This document shows positions 18,926-27,667 of a stretch of DNA of 64,000 nt, one piece after another. Source of the stretch: Eubacteriales bacterium (GTDB lineage: Bacteria > Bacillota > Clostridia > Oscillospirales > CAG-272); contig JAZRPF010000051.1 in the NCBI GenBank assembly GCA_045649045.1, positions 14,471 to 78,470 on the forward strand, read 5' to 3'. The position numbers and the translations under genes were made by a program. The stretch's first letter is position 1; every line of letters starts with the position of its first letter. A model generated the notes under the pieces. That model did no database searches. It worked only from the letters and a program-made list of their open reading frames with translations, and had not been told where the DNA came from.

Positions 18926-19168
18926 ATCATGAAATACGAATGCAGTATGTATAACTGAAATCACTTAATGACAACAATCGGCGCAGCCTTTCAATTTTGA
19001 AAGCCTGCGCCGATAATGTTTACAAAAGTAAAGTATGATAAAGTGAATAAGTTTGGTTGCTTTTCGCCGCGGCGAAAAGCTTCATTTTCTTTTATCTTTT
19101 CTCTCTTATCTCTTCTCTGCTGATAGTATAAATCTTTTATACTATCAGCATCGCATCGCCGATGTGTA

Positions 19169-19210
19169 TGGGATATAAGATTGGTAATTTCGCATAACCA
19201 ATCGGTAATT
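19169..19210. repeat. Left imperfect terminal inverted repeat of the TA cassette
   Basis: TGGGATATAAGATTGGTAATTTCGCATAACCAATCGGTAATT. The blocks TGGGATATAA, ATTGGTAA and CCAATCGGTAATT recur in inverted order at 20105..20171. Confidence 0.6.
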
Positions 19211-19258
19211 TTTAATGCTTGACTTCAAAAATTCAGCAGGGCAAAAAGCCCTGCTTCG

Positions 19259-19492
19259 TTAATGGCTTGAAGGACAAAATTCCACTTTTAACTGCATCCC
19301 CATCCCCTCGGCAAGTCTGATCAATGTCCGTAAGGACGGGTTTGCGTTTCCCTTTTCCAGCTTACTGATGTCACCTTGGGCGATTCCCGTAAGCTCGGAC
19401 AATTCCTTTTGCGTCATTCCCGATGCCCGTCTTGCCTCGATCAATGCCTGTATAATTTCGTCTGCTTCAACAGTATGGGTTACGTTACTCAT
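19259..19492 (-). CDS. XRE-family helix-turn-helix protein (antitoxin/regulator of the TA module)
   Basis: Contains GMTQKELSELTGIAQGDISKLEKGNANPSLRTLIRLAEGMG. Its ATG at 19492 overlaps the stop of the upstream gene (GATGAGTAA), so the two are translationally coupled. Confidence 0.75.
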   Translation of the reverse strand: MSNVTHTVEADEIIQALIEARRASGMTQKELSELTGIAQGDISKLEKGNANPSLRTLIRLAEGMGMQLKVEFCPSSH

Positions 19493-19703
19493 CGGTTCCA
19501 ATGCTCTCCCAATCAATTTCGTCCGCATCAACGTAGCCGCTGTTTTCCGCATCTTCTATCCTCTTTGCTTCGTCAGCAGTCACCTTGGTAAAATCGGGAT
19601 CCCAAGCAAGAACTAATTTTTTGATAAACTCGTAAGCAAACGCCTTGTCTGCTTCAGGCAGAGCATCCATTAAGCGTGCAGCTTCAATTACAATACTTGA
19701 CAT
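19485..19703 (-). CDS. Small acidic protein, middle gene of the three-gene TA operon
   Basis: Reads MSSIVIEAARLMDALPEADKAFAYEFIKKLVLAWDPDF...DADEIDWESIGTDE. The AAGGAGG RBS overlaps the end of the toxin gene. I do not recognise the family. Confidence 0.5.
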   Translation of the reverse strand: MSSIVIEAARLMDALPEADKAFAYEFIKKLVLAWDPDFTKVTADEAKRIEDAENSGYVDADEIDWESIGTDE

Positions 19704-19716
19704 AAAAGATACCTCC

Positions 19717-19986
19717 TTATTTGTATATATCTCCGCGATTGCCAATATCAATCACGAAGATGATCTCAACCGTTTCTTCATTTTCGTGTCGGTAGATAAT
19801 TCTCCACGAGCCAACACGAAGTCGTTTCCGTCCGTCGTTGTAGCCTTGCATTGTTTTTATATCGCCGACAGGTGGATTATAGGTCAGCCCCGCAATGGCA
19901 TCACGGATTCTGCCGACCGATTTTTTATCCAATTTTGATAAAAATTTCAGTGCATCCTTTGAATACCTGATTTTGATCTCATTCAT
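19717..19986 (-). CDS. RelE/ParE-family type II toxin
   Basis: Reads MNEIKIRYSKDALKFLSKLDKKSVGRIRDAIAGL...LRVGSWRIIYRHENEETVEIIFVIDIGNRGDIY, the typical RelE/ParE pattern. Confidence 0.8.
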   Translation of the reverse strand: MNEIKIRYSKDALKFLSKLDKKSVGRIRDAIAGLTYNPPVGDIKTMQGYNDGRKRLRVGSWRIIYRHENEETVEIIFVIDIGNRGDIYK

Positions 19987-20104
19987 TGATTATTCTCCGT
20001 AAAAATAGAATGTTTTATCCTACACTTATATTATATAGGATTTATCCTATTTTGTCAATAGATTTCAGGAAGATTTTTGAATTTATTTCTATTGTTGTCG
20101 AAAG

Positions 20105-20171
20105 AATTACCGATTGGCTATTAGTTTTTACCAATTGGTAAAATTGCATAATTATTATTTGTTATATCCCA
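20105..20171. repeat. Right imperfect terminal inverted repeat of the TA cassette; includes a 16-bp perfect palindrome
   Basis: AATTACCGATTGG (20105-20117) is the reverse complement of 19198-19210. TTTACCAATTGGTAAA (20127-20142) is a perfect palindrome. TTATATCCCA (20162-20171) is the reverse complement of 19169-19178. Confidence 0.6.
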
Positions 20172-20181
20172 TTTTATTTAG

Positions 20182-21264
20182 TTAAAATATATAACAGGCG
20201 TCGCCGAAGGAAAAAAACCGATACTTCTCTTTCACCGCTTCTTCGTAAGCATTCATGACAAAATTTTTGCCTGCGAATGCAGAAACAAGCATCAGAAGCG
20301 TGCTTTGCGGTAAATGAAAATTGGTAATTAGCCCATCAATTGCGCGAAAACGGTAACCAGGATAGATGAAAATACCCGTTTCCCCTTCCATTGCACACAA
20401 TTTCCCATCTTTATCGGTTGCACTTTCAAGAACACGACAGGTAGTTGTGCCAACAGCAATAATTCTGCCGCCTGCGGCTCGACGGTGCTGAATTTCCGCA
20501 ACCGTTTCTTCGCTCAAAATGAAATGCTCTGTATGCATATGATGGTCAGTGATTTTCTTTTCCTTGACAGGACGGAATGTCCCAAGTCCAACATGAAGCG
20601 TAACTTCTCCGTAACCAATGCCTCGATTGCGAATATCTGTCAGAAGTTCCCGCGTAAAATGCAATCCTGCCGTTGGTGCCGCAGCCGAGCCCTCGGTTTT
20701 GGCATAAACAGTCTGATAGCGTTCTTTTTCCTTGAGCTTCGTGGTAATATACGGTGGCAACGGCATTTGTCCAACTGCATCCATCGCATCATAAATCGAA
20801 GTATATTTTGAAGTATCATAAGAAAGTCGCACCATGCGGTTTCCGTCATCAAGCACCTCGGTAATCTCGCCTGTCAAGACTGCATTAAAATCAAACCGAT
20901 GTCCTTTCTTTGCTCGCTTACCCGGGCGCACCAATGTTTCCCACTCGCCGCTTTCATGCATACGCAAAAGAAGAAGCTCAATCGGTGAGCCTGTATCCGC
21001 GCGAACGCCAAGCAATCGTGCAGGGATGACCTTTGAAGAATTCACGACCAGCATATCCTCGGGACGCAAATAGTCGATAATCTGATGGAAATGCCGATGT
21101 GTCACACTTTGCGATGCGCGGTCAAGCACCATCAGCCTTGACATATCGCGTTTTTCTGTAGGTGTTTGTGCAATCAGCTCCTCGGGCAATTGATAATCAA
21201 AATCTTCGGTTGACAAATCGGTTTCTATTCGTTCGTTGATAATAACATCCTTCAATGCAGTCAT
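20182..21264 (-). CDS. queA: S-adenosylmethionine:tRNA ribosyltransferase-isomerase
   Basis: Contains FDYQLPEELIAQTPTEKRDMSRLMVL...TAGLHFT...VGTTTCRVLES. The ATG at 21264 has an AGAGGTG RBS. Confidence 0.95.
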   Translation of the reverse strand: MTALKDVIINERIETDLSTEDFDYQLPEELIAQTPTEKRDMSRLMVLDRASQSVTHRHFHQIIDYLRPEDMLVVNSSKVIPARLLGVRADTGSPIELLLLRMHESGEWETLVRPGKRAKKGHRFDFNAVLTGEITEVLDDGNRMVRLSYDTSKYTSIYDAMDAVGQMPLPPYITTKLKEKERYQTVYAKTEGSAAAPTAGLHFTRELLTDIRNRGIGYGEVTLHVGLGTFRPVKEKKITDHHMHTEHFILSEETVAEIQHRRAAGGRIIAVGTTTCRVLESATDKDGKLCAMEGETGIFIYPGYRFRAIDGLITNFHLPQSTLLMLVSAFAGKNFVMNAYEEAVKEKYRFFSFGDACYIF

Positions 21265-21369
21265 GCACACACCTCTTCTTTTTATATCATATACTTGTAT
21301 TAGTATACTACATTCGAATCATAATTGCAAGAACAATCCGTAAAACTTTTTCCCCGAAAGGACTTTTTC

Positions 21370-22266
21370 ATGACAAGCTCCAACAATCCAATCTTTCAAG
21401 GAGTGGCAACAGCTTTAATCACCCCCTTCAAAGACCAAAAACTTGATATAACTGCCTACAAAAAGCTACTACAACAACAGATATTATCCGGCATCAATGC
21501 ACTTGTACTCTGTGGAACAACAGGTGAATCAGCAACTCTCACCGAAAAAGAGTGCGCAACACTGCTTGCAACAGCACAGGATGAAATCGGTGCTCAATTA
21601 CCGTTAATTATGGGTTGCGGTGGTAATGACACTGCGACAGTATTAAAAAAAAGCCGTGAAGCTGCCGCACACGGCGCAGATGCTCTTCTCATTGTAACGC
21701 CATACTACAACAAAGGGACCAAGCGTGGCATCATCCACCATTATTTATCTGTGGCAGAAAGCGTCGATGTCCCTATCATTCTTTATAATGTGCCGTCCCG
21801 CACGGGCGTTGATTTATCACTCGACATGATTGAAGAGCTTGCGATGCATCCCAATATTGTGGCAATTAAGGAAGCAAGTGGCAATATTGACCGCATTGCA
21901 CAAATCATTCAAAAGAGTGACAAAAACTTTTCATTATATAGCGGAAATGACTCACAGATTTTGCCTATATTATCACTTGGCGGCAAGGGTGTCATTTCAG
22001 TTGTATCAAACATACTGCCTAGCCAAACATCACAGCTTTGCCGCTCCTTTTTTGAAGGTGACATCAAAAACGCCTGTCGGTTACAGCTCAAGCTTCTCCC
22101 TCTCATACAACTTCTCTTTACCGAAACCAACCCTGCACCAATTAAAGCCGCAATGAGCATTGCAGGAATATCTCAAAACGAACTCCGCTTACCGATGGCG
22201 ACAATTGAAGCACCCCTCTTTGAAAATATAAAGGAAAAGCTCTTGCCGCTTCTGCAAGATGAATAA
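21370..22266 (+). CDS. dapA: 4-hydroxy-tetrahydrodipicolinate synthase
   Basis: Contains GVATALITPF...LCGTTGESATLT...YNVPSRTG...IKEASGN. Confidence 0.95.
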   Translation: MTSSNNPIFQGVATALITPFKDQKLDITAYKKLLQQQILSGINALVLCGTTGESATLTEKECATLLATAQDEIGAQLPLIMGCGGNDTATVLKKSREAAAHGADALLIVTPYYNKGTKRGIIHHYLSVAESVDVPIILYNVPSRTGVDLSLDMIEELAMHPNIVAIKEASGNIDRIAQIIQKSDKNFSLYSGNDSQILPILSLGGKGVISVVSNILPSQTSQLCRSFFEGDIKNACRLQLKLLPLIQLLFTETNPAPIKAAMSIAGISQNELRLPMATIEAPLFENIKEKLLPLLQDE

Positions 22267-22270
22267 AAAG

Positions 22271-22296
22271 AAAAAGCTCGCTTCTGCGAGCTTTTT
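22271..22296. terminator. Bidirectional intrinsic terminator between dapA and the convergent lipoprotein gene
   Basis: AAAAAGCTCGC-ttct-GCGAGCTTTTT, with A-runs and T-runs on both sides. Confidence 0.8.
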
Positions 22297-22307
22297 CTTT
22301 TTATTGG

Positions 22308-23978
22308 TTATGCCTGCGGTGCAACCCAAACCGAAACCGAAACACCGCGGTTTGTCATGGAAACAACCGCACCTTGGGTGTTGATAACACCATCAGGTGT
22401 CACATTCTGCGCCAAATTGTCAAGCGCGCCGTTATCACGCAACCACCAATACATACCGTCTTCAGATGCTACAACCTTTTTGTTACCATCTGCGTCAACA
22501 ACTTCTATAGGATTCGAGGTAGCTGTTCCCTTGCGAACACAAAGAATCTCCTCTTCAAAAAGTCTTGCAAGCTCGGATGCGCTGAAGATGAAGAGCTTAT
22601 CACCTGCAACACCGATATCATTGCGAATGTCAACCTGCGCTTGCAGTTCTTCCTCTGTAAAGGCAGTCACAAAATCGTTTATCAGCCACTCACGAAGAGA
22701 GGATGCGTTCCAATCAACTGCAACAGGTGCATTGTTATACGGAAGCTTTTCAACAGCATAGAACATGGTCAACAGATAAGCATCGCCCTCCTGTGCAACA
22801 ACTGTCCAGGTAAGCGGCTCCTTGGTTGTTGCTTCACCGTCCTGATCATAACGGCCATAGAGGAAATTGATTGAAGCGTTCTGGTCATTGTTCCATACAG
22901 CATCCATCATTGTCAAAATATTGACACCGCCACTGAACAAAACACTTTGCTCATCTGTCCAGTTCTTGAATGCATAAGCGCCAACAGATTCCAAGCCCTC
23001 GGGTAAGGTCATTTCCTTAATGGAAGTGCCGTTTGCAAAGACATATGCACCAAGTGTGGTGACTGTATCGTCGAAACGAACCTCTTCAATTTCGGAAATA
23101 TAGGGTGCCCACGGAACAATCTTTTCCATGTAATCATACATAGCGCCCGTGCCATTGATATCAAGACGATGATCTTCATAGTAACACCAAGTCAGATCAT
23201 CACCACAACGACCGTCGGCAAGAATCTTTGTATATGTAATGATAGCCGTTGTATCATCAGTCATTGTACCTTCGAGGTTGACGCCGTCAACACGGTAACC
23301 TGCAACCGAAGGACACTCTACGGTATAATTGGTATCGCTGATATAGGTTGTAACCTCAGCCGGCTTCACTTCAAGACCATTTGCATAAAGATGCTGAACT
23401 GTCAAATCAAAATAGCGGCTGAATACAACAGTAATTTCTCTGCTTGTAAAATAATCCTCGGCAATACCTGCATTTGCAAGCATCTGATTCCAAAGAGACT
23501 CACTACCGAAATAGCGAACGGTTTTAAGTGCTGTGCAGTTATCAAAAAGATTCTGTTCTGCGCTTTCCTCATTTTTTCCAAGGTTCTTGACAGTAGAAGG
23601 AATGCTGATTTCGGTTAAAGCCTGTGCTTTATCAGATGCAAACGCATTGATGTCAATACCGATAACAGTCTTATTATCCTGAATATCGGGGATGATAACA
23701 GTCGTACCCTCAAAGGTACCGAGACCGCTCACCGTGCAGGTCGTGCCTGTCTTGTTCACACCGTATTCAAGCCCTTCGGACGCGTTCAAGGTCGTCGGCT
23801 TTTTAATTTCTTCCTCGTCACCTGCCCCTTCACCACCGGTTTCATCACCGTCCTGTGAAGAGGATTCTGACGGATCGTCTGTCGTCGGCTTTTCGTCTTC
23901 ATCGCCACACGCAACAAAAGAGCCAAGCATCAACAGCACAAGTGCCATCGCCGTTATCTTCATCCAAATGTTTCGCAT
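22308..23978 (-). CDS. Lipoprotein with leucine-rich-repeat-like N-terminal region and DUF6273-like C-terminal domain
   Basis: The lipobox is LMLGSFVACGDE, followed by an acidic low-complexity linker. The C-terminal pattern DKLFIFSASELARLF...YWWLRDNG resembles DUF6273-type domains. The family call is made from memory only. Confidence 0.5.
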   Translation of the reverse strand: MRNIWMKITAMALVLLMLGSFVACGDEDEKPTTDDPSESSSQDGDETGGEGAGDEEEIKKPTTLNASEGLEYGVNKTGTTCTVSGLGTFEGTTVIIPDIQDNKTVIGIDINAFASDKAQALTEISIPSTVKNLGKNEESAEQNLFDNCTALKTVRYFGSESLWNQMLANAGIAEDYFTSREITVVFSRYFDLTVQHLYANGLEVKPAEVTTYISDTNYTVECPSVAGYRVDGVNLEGTMTDDTTAIITYTKILADGRCGDDLTWCYYEDHRLDINGTGAMYDYMEKIVPWAPYISEIEEVRFDDTVTTLGAYVFANGTSIKEMTLPEGLESVGAYAFKNWTDEQSVLFSGGVNILTMMDAVWNNDQNASINFLYGRYDQDGEATTKEPLTWTVVAQEGDAYLLTMFYAVEKLPYNNAPVAVDWNASSLREWLINDFVTAFTEEELQAQVDIRNDIGVAGDKLFIFSASELARLFEEEILCVRKGTATSNPIEVVDADGNKKVVASEDGMYWWLRDNGALDNLAQNVTPDGVINTQGAVVSMTNRGVSVSVWVAPQA

Positions 23979-24169
23979 CACAATACCGACCTCTTATTTA
24001 GAGGCTTTCCTTTCTTGTTCTGACAGAAGCGCTGCCGTTTATCATCAAAAGACTTTTCTGTCGTTTGTTTGCGCCGAGGTGGGTGCCTCAAACGCATCTG
24101 ACAGGCAATCATAAAACGCCTACAAGTATTATATCATGTCTTTCGTCATTTTGCAATACCTAATATGAA

Positions 24170-24205
24170 AAAAGACGATTTTTCTTGAAAGAAAAATCGT
24201 CTTTT
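24170..24205 (-). terminator. Intrinsic terminator of nagB
   Basis: AAAAGACGATTTTTC / GAAAAATCGTCTTTT stem, followed on the minus strand by TTTTTTC. Confidence 0.8.
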
Positions 24206-24229
24206 CATAAGCTTTGAGTGAGCTGCAAA

Positions 24230-25015
24230 TTACTTTTCGTTTTTATAAATTTCCTTGAAATACTTGTAGGTATCAACCTTCAGCTCGCCGCATGCCGCCT
24301 CATCACAAGCGATGATTCCATCGGGATGCATTTGCAAAGCGCTGATTGTCCATGCGTGGTCAACGCCGCCTTCAACGCAGTGGCGCAGTGCACGGGCTTT
24401 ATTATGTCCGCTGATTAACAGCAAAACCTGCTTGGAATCACAAACAGTACCAACACCAACAGAAAGCGCTGTCTTAGGTACTTTGTTTGGGTCATTGTCA
24501 AAGAAACGGGAGTTCACAATTAAAGTATCTTCTGTCAAGGCGCGAACACCTGTACGGGACGAAAGCGAGGTGAACGGCTCATTAAAAGCAATGTGTCCAT
24601 CAACGCCGCTACCACCCAAGAACAAGTCAATTCCGCCGTAGGAAGCAATCTTATCTTCATAGCGCTGGCATTCTGCTTCCAAATCGCTTGCCATACCGTT
24701 CAGAATATTGACATTTTCCGCCGGAATATCAATATGGTTAAAGAAATTGTCATGCATAAAATACCAGTAGCTCTGGTCATGCTCTCTTTGAAGACCAACA
24801 TACTCATCCATATTAAAAGTAACCACATTCTTGAAGGTTACCTTTCCTGCTTTGTTCATCTCAATCAGCTTTCTGTAAACTCCAAGCGGAGAAGATCCTG
24901 TAGGGAGACCGAGAACAAAGGGGCGGTCTTCCTTGTGGTTATTAATGGCATCGGCAATATGCTGAGCGGCCCATGCACTCATTTCTTCGTAATTTTGCTT
25001 AATGATCAGTTTCAT
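24230..25015 (-). CDS. nagB: Glucosamine-6-phosphate deaminase
   Basis: Contains [17 protein letters not shown]...[15 protein letters not shown]...FNMDEYVGL...[14 protein letters not shown]. Confidence 0.95.
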   Translation of the reverse strand: MKLIIKQNYEEMSAWAAQHIADAINNHKEDRPFVLGLPTGSSPLGVYRKLIEMNKAGKVTFKNVVTFNMDEYVGLQREHDQSYWYFMHDNFFNHIDIPAENVNILNGMASDLEAECQRYEDKIASYGGIDLFLGGSGVDGHIAFNEPFTSLSSRTGVRALTEDTLIVNSRFFDNDPNKVPKTALSVGVGTVCDSKQVLLLISGHNKARALRHCVEGGVDHAWTISALQMHPDGIIACDEAACGELKVDTYKYFKEIYKNEK

Positions 25016-25141
25016 TTCATCACACTCCATATGTATTCATTCGAAGGAATTATATGTCAATACTCCTCTTTTTATATTATACACCTATTTACCTGTTTTG
25101 TAAAGCATTTTTGATGGAATATTTTATTTTAATGAAAAAAT

Positions 25142-25174
25142 GCGCCTCCAAAAGTCAGATGCTTTTGGAGGCGC
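25142..25174 (-). terminator. Intrinsic terminator, probably the native terminator of the PduL-like/NifU-like/GGGtGRT operon, now displaced by the inserted element
   Basis: GCGCCTCCAAAAG-(loop)-CTTTTGGAGGCGC, followed on the minus strand by ATTTTTTC. It lies about 40 nt downstream of the orphan gene end at 25214. Confidence 0.7.
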
Positions 25175-25213
25175 ATATCAACATCAATTTGTTTTTTGAT
25201 TTTTATATAAAAA

Positions 25214-25280
25214 TCACTTTGCAGTCTCTTCAATCGCAACGGCAACAGCAACCGTCATACCAACCATGGGGTTGTTACCT
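25214..25280 (-). pseudogene. Orphaned native 3' end of the GGGtGRT-family gene (last ~21 codons plus stop)
   Basis: The minus strand reads ...GNNPMVGMTVAVAVAIEETAK*. It matches the end of the intact gene at 34276.. (…GNNPMVGMTVAVAVAIEEASK*) over the 54-bp repeat and then diverges. Confidence 0.75.
25227..25280. repeat. att direct repeat, left copy
   Basis: TCTTCAATCGCAACGGCAACAGCAACCGTCATACCAACCATGGGGTTGTTACCT, identical to 34289-34342. Confidence 0.9.
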
Positions 25281-25295
25281 AAGTCATATATCCTT

Positions 25296-25447
25296 GTGGA
25301 TTGGTCTTAATTCGTCTTAATTTGAACGTATATGTTCAAGAACAACAGCTATATATCACGATGGCTTATCTGTATTTGTCTTAATTTGTTTCGATATGTT
25401 TTGATTAGGTTTTGAGAAAAGCGTGGATTTTTTGCGGATAAATCCAC
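25296..25447. repeat. Candidate integrase arm-type sites (GTGGATT(T)) and GTCTTAATT repeats near the left end
   Basis: GTGGATT at 25296-25302. GTGGATTT at 25423-25430 and its inverse AAATCCAC at 25440-25447. GTCTTAATT occurs three times between about 25304 and 25385. Confidence 0.6.
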
Positions 25448-25463
25448 CGATTTATACCGTGGC

Positions 25464-26771
25464 TTAATTACCCGCAAATATTGCATTTATGGCTTGCTTT
25501 CCCTCTGCTCTCATACTGTCGTCAAGGTGAATATATACGATTTTTGTTATTTTACAATCCTTATGTCCCAAACGCTCACTAATATACTTATCGGGCAACC
25601 GCGCGGAATACAGCATTGAAGCGTGAGTATGTCGCAAAGAGTGATATTTGAAGGCGGGGTATATATCCTTATGGATAACGCTTGATGTGTGCTGCATAGT
25701 GCGCAAAGAGATATAAGTCCCGTCTTTACGGACACACAAAAAGTTTATAGCATTTCCGTTTGCTGTTCGGTCTATGGGATTAGGTACGGCATTATCGGGA
25801 TTATTTACACCGCTAAAGGCAAGCGGATACGTGGCGTAATAGCTATTATAATATTCTCCATAATAGATTTTCATAGCTTCTTGCCGCCGTTTTTCCTCGC
25901 GGAGCAACCGCACCATACTGTCACTTAAATCTATCACTCTAAAGGAATTATATTTAGGGTTAGTGAAATACCAAAAGCCCTCACCGCTCTCTGCACTACC
26001 GTTATTTATAATCTTGTCGCTTTCACTTCGCGTTCCATCCTCTTGCCATTGGATTTGACGGTTCACGGTCAATGTTTTAGCTTCCAAGTCTATATCTTCC
26101 CACGTTAGCGCGAATGCTTCTCCAATACGCAACCCGCACTCATAGCCGAGCCGTAAAGGTATGTGAGAGGGGTGTGTTTCGGGAAACCGCTCCATAATGC
26201 TTTTGATAGCTGACGGCGGTATAGTATCTCTTGTGTCGGTACGGGTAGGTGTGACGGGTGTTCTGTTTCTCGGTATCTTTAACCGCACCGCAGGGGAAAA
26301 GAGTATGTAATGATTATCTACGGCGTAGTTAAAGCTCTTTGAGAGAATGCCCGTAAGACTTGATAATGTATTGATAGAATATCCTTTATCGTACATATCA
26401 AGAATAAATTTCTGCAAATCATCCTTTGATATTGCTTTTAACCGATAGCTACCAAGCGCGGGTTTAATATGATTTCGCACCCGCTTTTGATAGTTCAAAA
26501 TTGTTGCGGGTTTCAAATCCACCTTACAATCATTTTCCATCCATATGTCAAGAAAATCGGCATAGGATAGATCAGCAGATTGCAAGACTTGTCCCGTGTG
26601 TTCATATAGCTGTTGCGCCTTAATTCCTGCGCGTTTTGCTTCCGCTTTAGACTTAAATCCGCGCTTTGTGTACTGTTTGCGCTTTCCGTTTTCGGATGCG
26701 ATTTCAAATCTATATTCATAAGATATAGAGCCGTCTTTGAGTTCGTGTTTTCTTATATTGATGTCACCCAT
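25464..26771 (-). CDS. int: Tyrosine site-specific integrase with N-terminal arm-binding-type domain
   Basis: The C-terminal catalytic pattern is ...HSLRHTHASML...LGHKDCKITKIVYIHL. The basic N-terminus is GSISYEYRFEIASENGKRKQYTKRGFKSKAEAKRAG, as in Tn916-type integrases. Confidence 0.9.
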   Translation of the reverse strand: MGDINIRKHELKDGSISYEYRFEIASENGKRKQYTKRGFKSKAEAKRAGIKAQQLYEHTGQVLQSADLSYADFLDIWMENDCKVDLKPATILNYQKRVRNHIKPALGSYRLKAISKDDLQKFILDMYDKGYSINTLSSLTGILSKSFNYAVDNHYILFSPAVRLKIPRNRTPVTPTRTDTRDTIPPSAIKSIMERFPETHPSHIPLRLGYECGLRIGEAFALTWEDIDLEAKTLTVNRQIQWQEDGTRSESDKIINNGSAESGEGFWYFTNPKYNSFRVIDLSDSMVRLLREEKRRQEAMKIYYGEYYNSYYATYPLAFSGVNNPDNAVPNPIDRTANGNAINFLCVRKDGTYISLRTMQHTSSVIHKDIYPAFKYHSLRHTHASMLYSARLPDKYISERLGHKDCKITKIVYIHLDDSMRAEGKQAINAIFAGN

Positions 26772-26835
26772 AGGTATATCCTCGCTTTCTGCTGATAATT
26801 ATATCATAGCATTTTCTTGTTGCATACTTCAATTT

Positions 26836-27060
26836 TTATGATAATTGCAACTGACATACATTGCTCATATCCTTAAAACTGAAACCCGTATAGCTGTCGA
26901 TAAATTTGTCTATAGAAGCGTTTGATACCTTTAGTCCGCCCAAATCCAAAGCGGATAGAAAACCGTTTGTGATAAGCTCATATACCTTTGCTTTGCTTAC
27001 TCCTAAAAGCTTGCTTGTTTCTGTTACGTTGTATAATTTCTTTGCGTTGATTTCTGTCAT
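26836..27060 (-). CDS. xis: Excisionase-family helix-turn-helix DNA-binding protein
   Basis: LYNVTETSKLLGVSKAKVYELITNGFL is the MerR/excisionase-type HTH. It lies directly upstream of int. Confidence 0.7.
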   Translation of the reverse strand: MTEINAKKLYNVTETSKLLGVSKAKVYELITNGFLSALDLGGLKVSNASIDKFIDSYTGFSFKDMSNVCQLQLS

Positions 27061-27667
27061 ATAATAAATTCATTTCTCCTTAGTTATGTATGCCACTCTT
27101 GATGTAATCAAGATATTGTCCGTAGGACTTGAATGTTGACATTCAACCCATCGGTGAGAAATGAAATGGCTTGTTTTTGGTTAAAATTTGTTAATCTCTA
27201 TCCCTCTCGGAAAACCCTCGAATTATAGGGATGTTTGTTTGTTTTTTTTCCTAAAAAGTGGCTTTTTTTCGTTCTCAGAAACGCTCTCAGTAAACTTGCC
27301 TCTAATAGGGTGTTTTTCGCACTTTTACCCCCTAAAAAACGCCGTTTTTAGTTGTTCTATTTTGTTTTTTCTATGGAGAGTGAAATGCGGTGGTATTTTC
27401 TCCATTTTCCACGCTTGTGTATCGTCGTGGTGGGATACGACGAACACGGCGCGAACCGCGCTCTTGGCTCGGTGTGCCACATAGATAGTAAAGAACTCGT
27501 CTGTGTAATAGACTTGAATACTGCCGTATAATTGAGCGGATTGTGTACATCATTCCGTTTCACAAAATGCAAGTTAAGCTGAGCTATGACCGCTACGGAA
27601 ACACCGAACAGTAGACAGGTATCTATTTCAGCCAAGCGATTATCTCAGTCATAAAGTGCAAGTAATC

